Assembly: GCA_037380845.1 (NCBI GenBank)
Contig: JARRRI010000010.1
Coordinates: 20,577-38,794, forward strand
Direction: 5' to 3'
From: Candidatus Sulfobium sp.
GTDB lineage: Bacteria; Nitrospirota; Thermodesulfovibrionia; Thermodesulfovibrionales; UBA6898
DNA length: 18,218 nt
Shown: in pieces, positions 16,660 to 18,218 of the stretch
How positions within the stretch are numbered: the first letter of the stretch is position 1
Layout: the number at the start of each line of letters is the position of its first letter
The notes under the pieces: generated by a model
Told to the model about the DNA's origin: nothing
The model's input: the letters and a program-made list of their open reading frames with translations, nothing else
The model's database searches: none
Translations under genes and position numbers: made by a program

Positions 16660-16872
16660 CCCGGCTAAGAAGCCCGGGCATGAAGGGATAGAGGCTCACC
16701 CTGGACTTAACATTCGGTGGAGTCTGGGCGGCCCTATCACCTTTCCGATAAACCAGGAATGAAGCTATTCAGGCCTTTGTGTTTCAGATTGAAACAGCTT
16801 CCAAGTTTCTTTGCACAGGGTGGAAACCAGGAATTTACAAAAGCAGAATACTTTCGGGACAGGTCACCTCTT

Positions 16873-16995
16873 AGGCAATTCGGTGTCCCTGTTGCACTGC
16901 CTACAGAAGACATTTTCAAAGATTTTTCGTATCGATTTCTTATTTGAGGCAACGATTCACTTTCGTATCGTTTTTCAGTGAGGCAATTCGGTGTC
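16873..16995. repeat. Cluster of short direct repeats
   Basis: AGGCAATTCGGTGTC x2 (16873, 16981), TTTCGTATCG x2 (16925, 16961), TGAGGCAA x2 (16945, 16979). Confidence 0.7.
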
Positions 16996-17349
16996 TTGCA
17001 AAGAAAGGCTAAATGAATATACAATGATCACGACTTGAGAGGGGGCTAATCCAAGAAAAGGAGGGAAAATTGAAAAAGGCTTTTTGCATTGCAAGTTTGT
17101 TTTTGCTTTTGTTCGCAGTGACGGCAGACGTGGGCCCCATTCCCGGCCCCTCTCCCCGGCACCCCTGAAAACCTATGGCTATGGAAAAAGGATCCCCTCA
17201 AGCATTTGACATGATAACAAATTGTTGGCATTTATTTAACAGGGATGATACTGCCAAACTTTCTATGTACTGATGAATCCAGGCGGGATACAAACCCACC
17301 GAACGACTACCGAACGAAAAAACGGGGAATTTCTCCCCACTTCTCAGGC

Positions 17350-17362
17350 TAACTACTTGATT
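17350..17362. promoter_or_regulatory. IHF consensus site beside the tRNA att site
   Basis: TAACTACTTGATT is the exact reverse complement of WATCAANNNNTTR, 15 nt from the tRNA CCA end. Confidence 0.55.
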
Positions 17363-17377
17363 TTACAGAAAGGGTAA

Positions 17378-17454
17378 TGGTCGGGGCGACCCGATTTGAA
17401 CGGGCGACCACTCGCACCCCAAGCGAGTGCGCTACCAGGCTGCGCCACGCCCCG
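17378..17454 (-). tRNA. tRNA-Pro (GGG)
   Basis: 77 nt, CGGGGCGTGGCGCAGCCTGGTAGCGCACTCGCTTGGGGTGCGAGTGGTCGCCCGTTCAAATCGGGTCGCCCCGACCA; full cloverleaf with encoded CCA. Confidence 0.98.
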
Positions 17455-17462
17455 ATTTATTT

Positions 17463-17855
17463 TTATTTAAGCTGTGTGAGGATTTCCCGAAGTCTCTGCT
17501 TGATGAAACCTATCGCCTCGGCGGGATTCTGCAGATCTCTCTTTCTTTCCTGGTGAACCTTCCTGCTCTCCGTCTTCAGTACGCCTTCACCGAACCTTTT
17601 TCTCACACCCTCTATAGTATACCGTTCCTGATACAACATTTTCTTTATCTGAAGAACCAGTTCCAGATCTTTTTTTACGTATACCCTCTGACCCGATTTG
17701 TTCTTCCTGGGTTTGAGGAATGGAAATTCAGTTTCCCAGTACCTCAACACGTAAGGCTCTACGCCGGTGATCCTGCTCACCTCGCCTATCTTATAAAAAA
17801 GCTTGTCCGGTACAGGGAGACCGGATTTCAAAGCCTGACCGGCAGATTTATGCAT
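17463..17855 (-). CDS. MerR-family HTH transcriptional regulator
   Basis: [30 protein letters not shown]...GQRVY...YTIEGVRK; conserved ihfA-merR-tRNA-Pro order. Confidence 0.92.
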   Translation of the reverse strand: MHKSAGQALKSGLPVPDKLFYKIGEVSRITGVEPYVLRYWETEFPFLKPRKNKSGQRVYVKKDLELVLQIKKMLYQERYTIEGVRKRFGEGVLKTESRKVHQERKRDLQNPAEAIGFIKQRLREILTQLK

Positions 17856-18132
17856 CCAGTTTCTCTATTTCTTCCTTCAGTTGATTGCTGACCCTGAACG
17901 TAATCACCCTTCTGGGCGATATCTCCAGATCCTGCCCTGTCTTGGGATTACGGCCCCTGCGCGCCATCTTTTTTCGCACGTTGAATGTTCCGAATCCCGA
18001 AATTTTTATCGACTCGCCTTCAGCAAAGGTCTGTTTCATGGTGTCGAACAGGATCTCGACAATATCCTGAGCTTCCTTCTTGGACAGACCCAGTTTTTCG
18101 AAGATCGCATCTACAAGTTCGGCTTTCGTCAT
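17848..18132 (-). CDS. ihfA: Integration host factor alpha subunit
   Basis: MTKAELVDAI...IKISGFGTFNVRKKMARRGRNPKTG...ISPRRVITF. Confidence 0.92.
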   Translation of the reverse strand: MTKAELVDAIFEKLGLSKKEAQDIVEILFDTMKQTFAEGESIKISGFGTFNVRKKMARRGRNPKTGQDLEISPRRVITFRVSNQLKEEIEKLDA

Positions 18133-18162
18133 CTCCTCTTTACCCTCCAGGGAATTTTCTTA

Positions 18163-18191
18163 ATTATATTAAGGACATAGACTATTGTCAA
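18163..18191 (-). promoter_or_regulatory. Consensus sigma70 promoter of ihfA-merR-tRNA-Pro
   Basis: Minus strand TTGACA-17nt-TATAAT, a perfect consensus. Confidence 0.85.
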
Positions 18192-18218
18192 GAATATTTT
18201 AGTTTAAATTCCTGCAGT

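Larger units (their letters stand above)
7054..17419. mobile_element. Decayed genomic island integrated at tRNA-Pro(GGG)
   Basis: Flanked by the tRNA and a displaced copy of its 3' half; accessory cargo, several pseudogenes, core genes on both sides; no intact integrase. Confidence 0.75.

Noticed and set aside
16880..16896. Sigma54 promoter (GG-N10-GC, TTGCA)
   Set aside because: The -24 element lacks TGGCAC and no convincing gene starts at a suitable distance
16873..16995. Mini CRISPR array
   Set aside because: Repeats are only 8-15 nt, interleaved, without a regular repeat-spacer structure, and no cas genes are present
16481..17231. ORF-track calls 16481-16699, 16514-16762, 16717-16947, 16737-17024 and 17046-17231
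   Set aside because: No convincing RBS or domain motifs; they run over promoter and repeat DNA

Overview
Bacterial chromosomal window. The gene set and protein style suggest an anaerobic Nitrospirota or Desulfobacterota-like organism, which is inference only. The left ~7 kb is core or semi-core: a Met/Gly-rich secreted protein, dksA, a B12-binding radical SAM enzyme, cstA and the rplU-rpmA-obgE cluster. The right end is ihfA, a MerR-type regulator and tRNA-Pro(GGG). Between them is a ~10.3 kb accessory island (7054-17419), bounded by the tRNA-Pro and a degenerate 43-nt copy of that tRNA's 3' half, the attL/attR signature; no intact integrase is visible. The island carries a sulfur-handling module: an ArsR regulator with tandem operator palindromes, and a DsrE-DsrF-DsrH-like triad whose DsrE has an in-frame TGA in a U-G-G-C motif followed by a SECIS-like hairpin, so it is probably a selenoprotein missed by the ORF track. 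It also carries an SQR/ArsR chimeric deletion scar, a frameshifted MMPL/RND transporter with LolA-like and outer-membrane partners, a SHOCT protein, a diheme cytochrome c and an HdrE/HdrD-like pair. Several island genes are damaged, so the island appears to be decaying.
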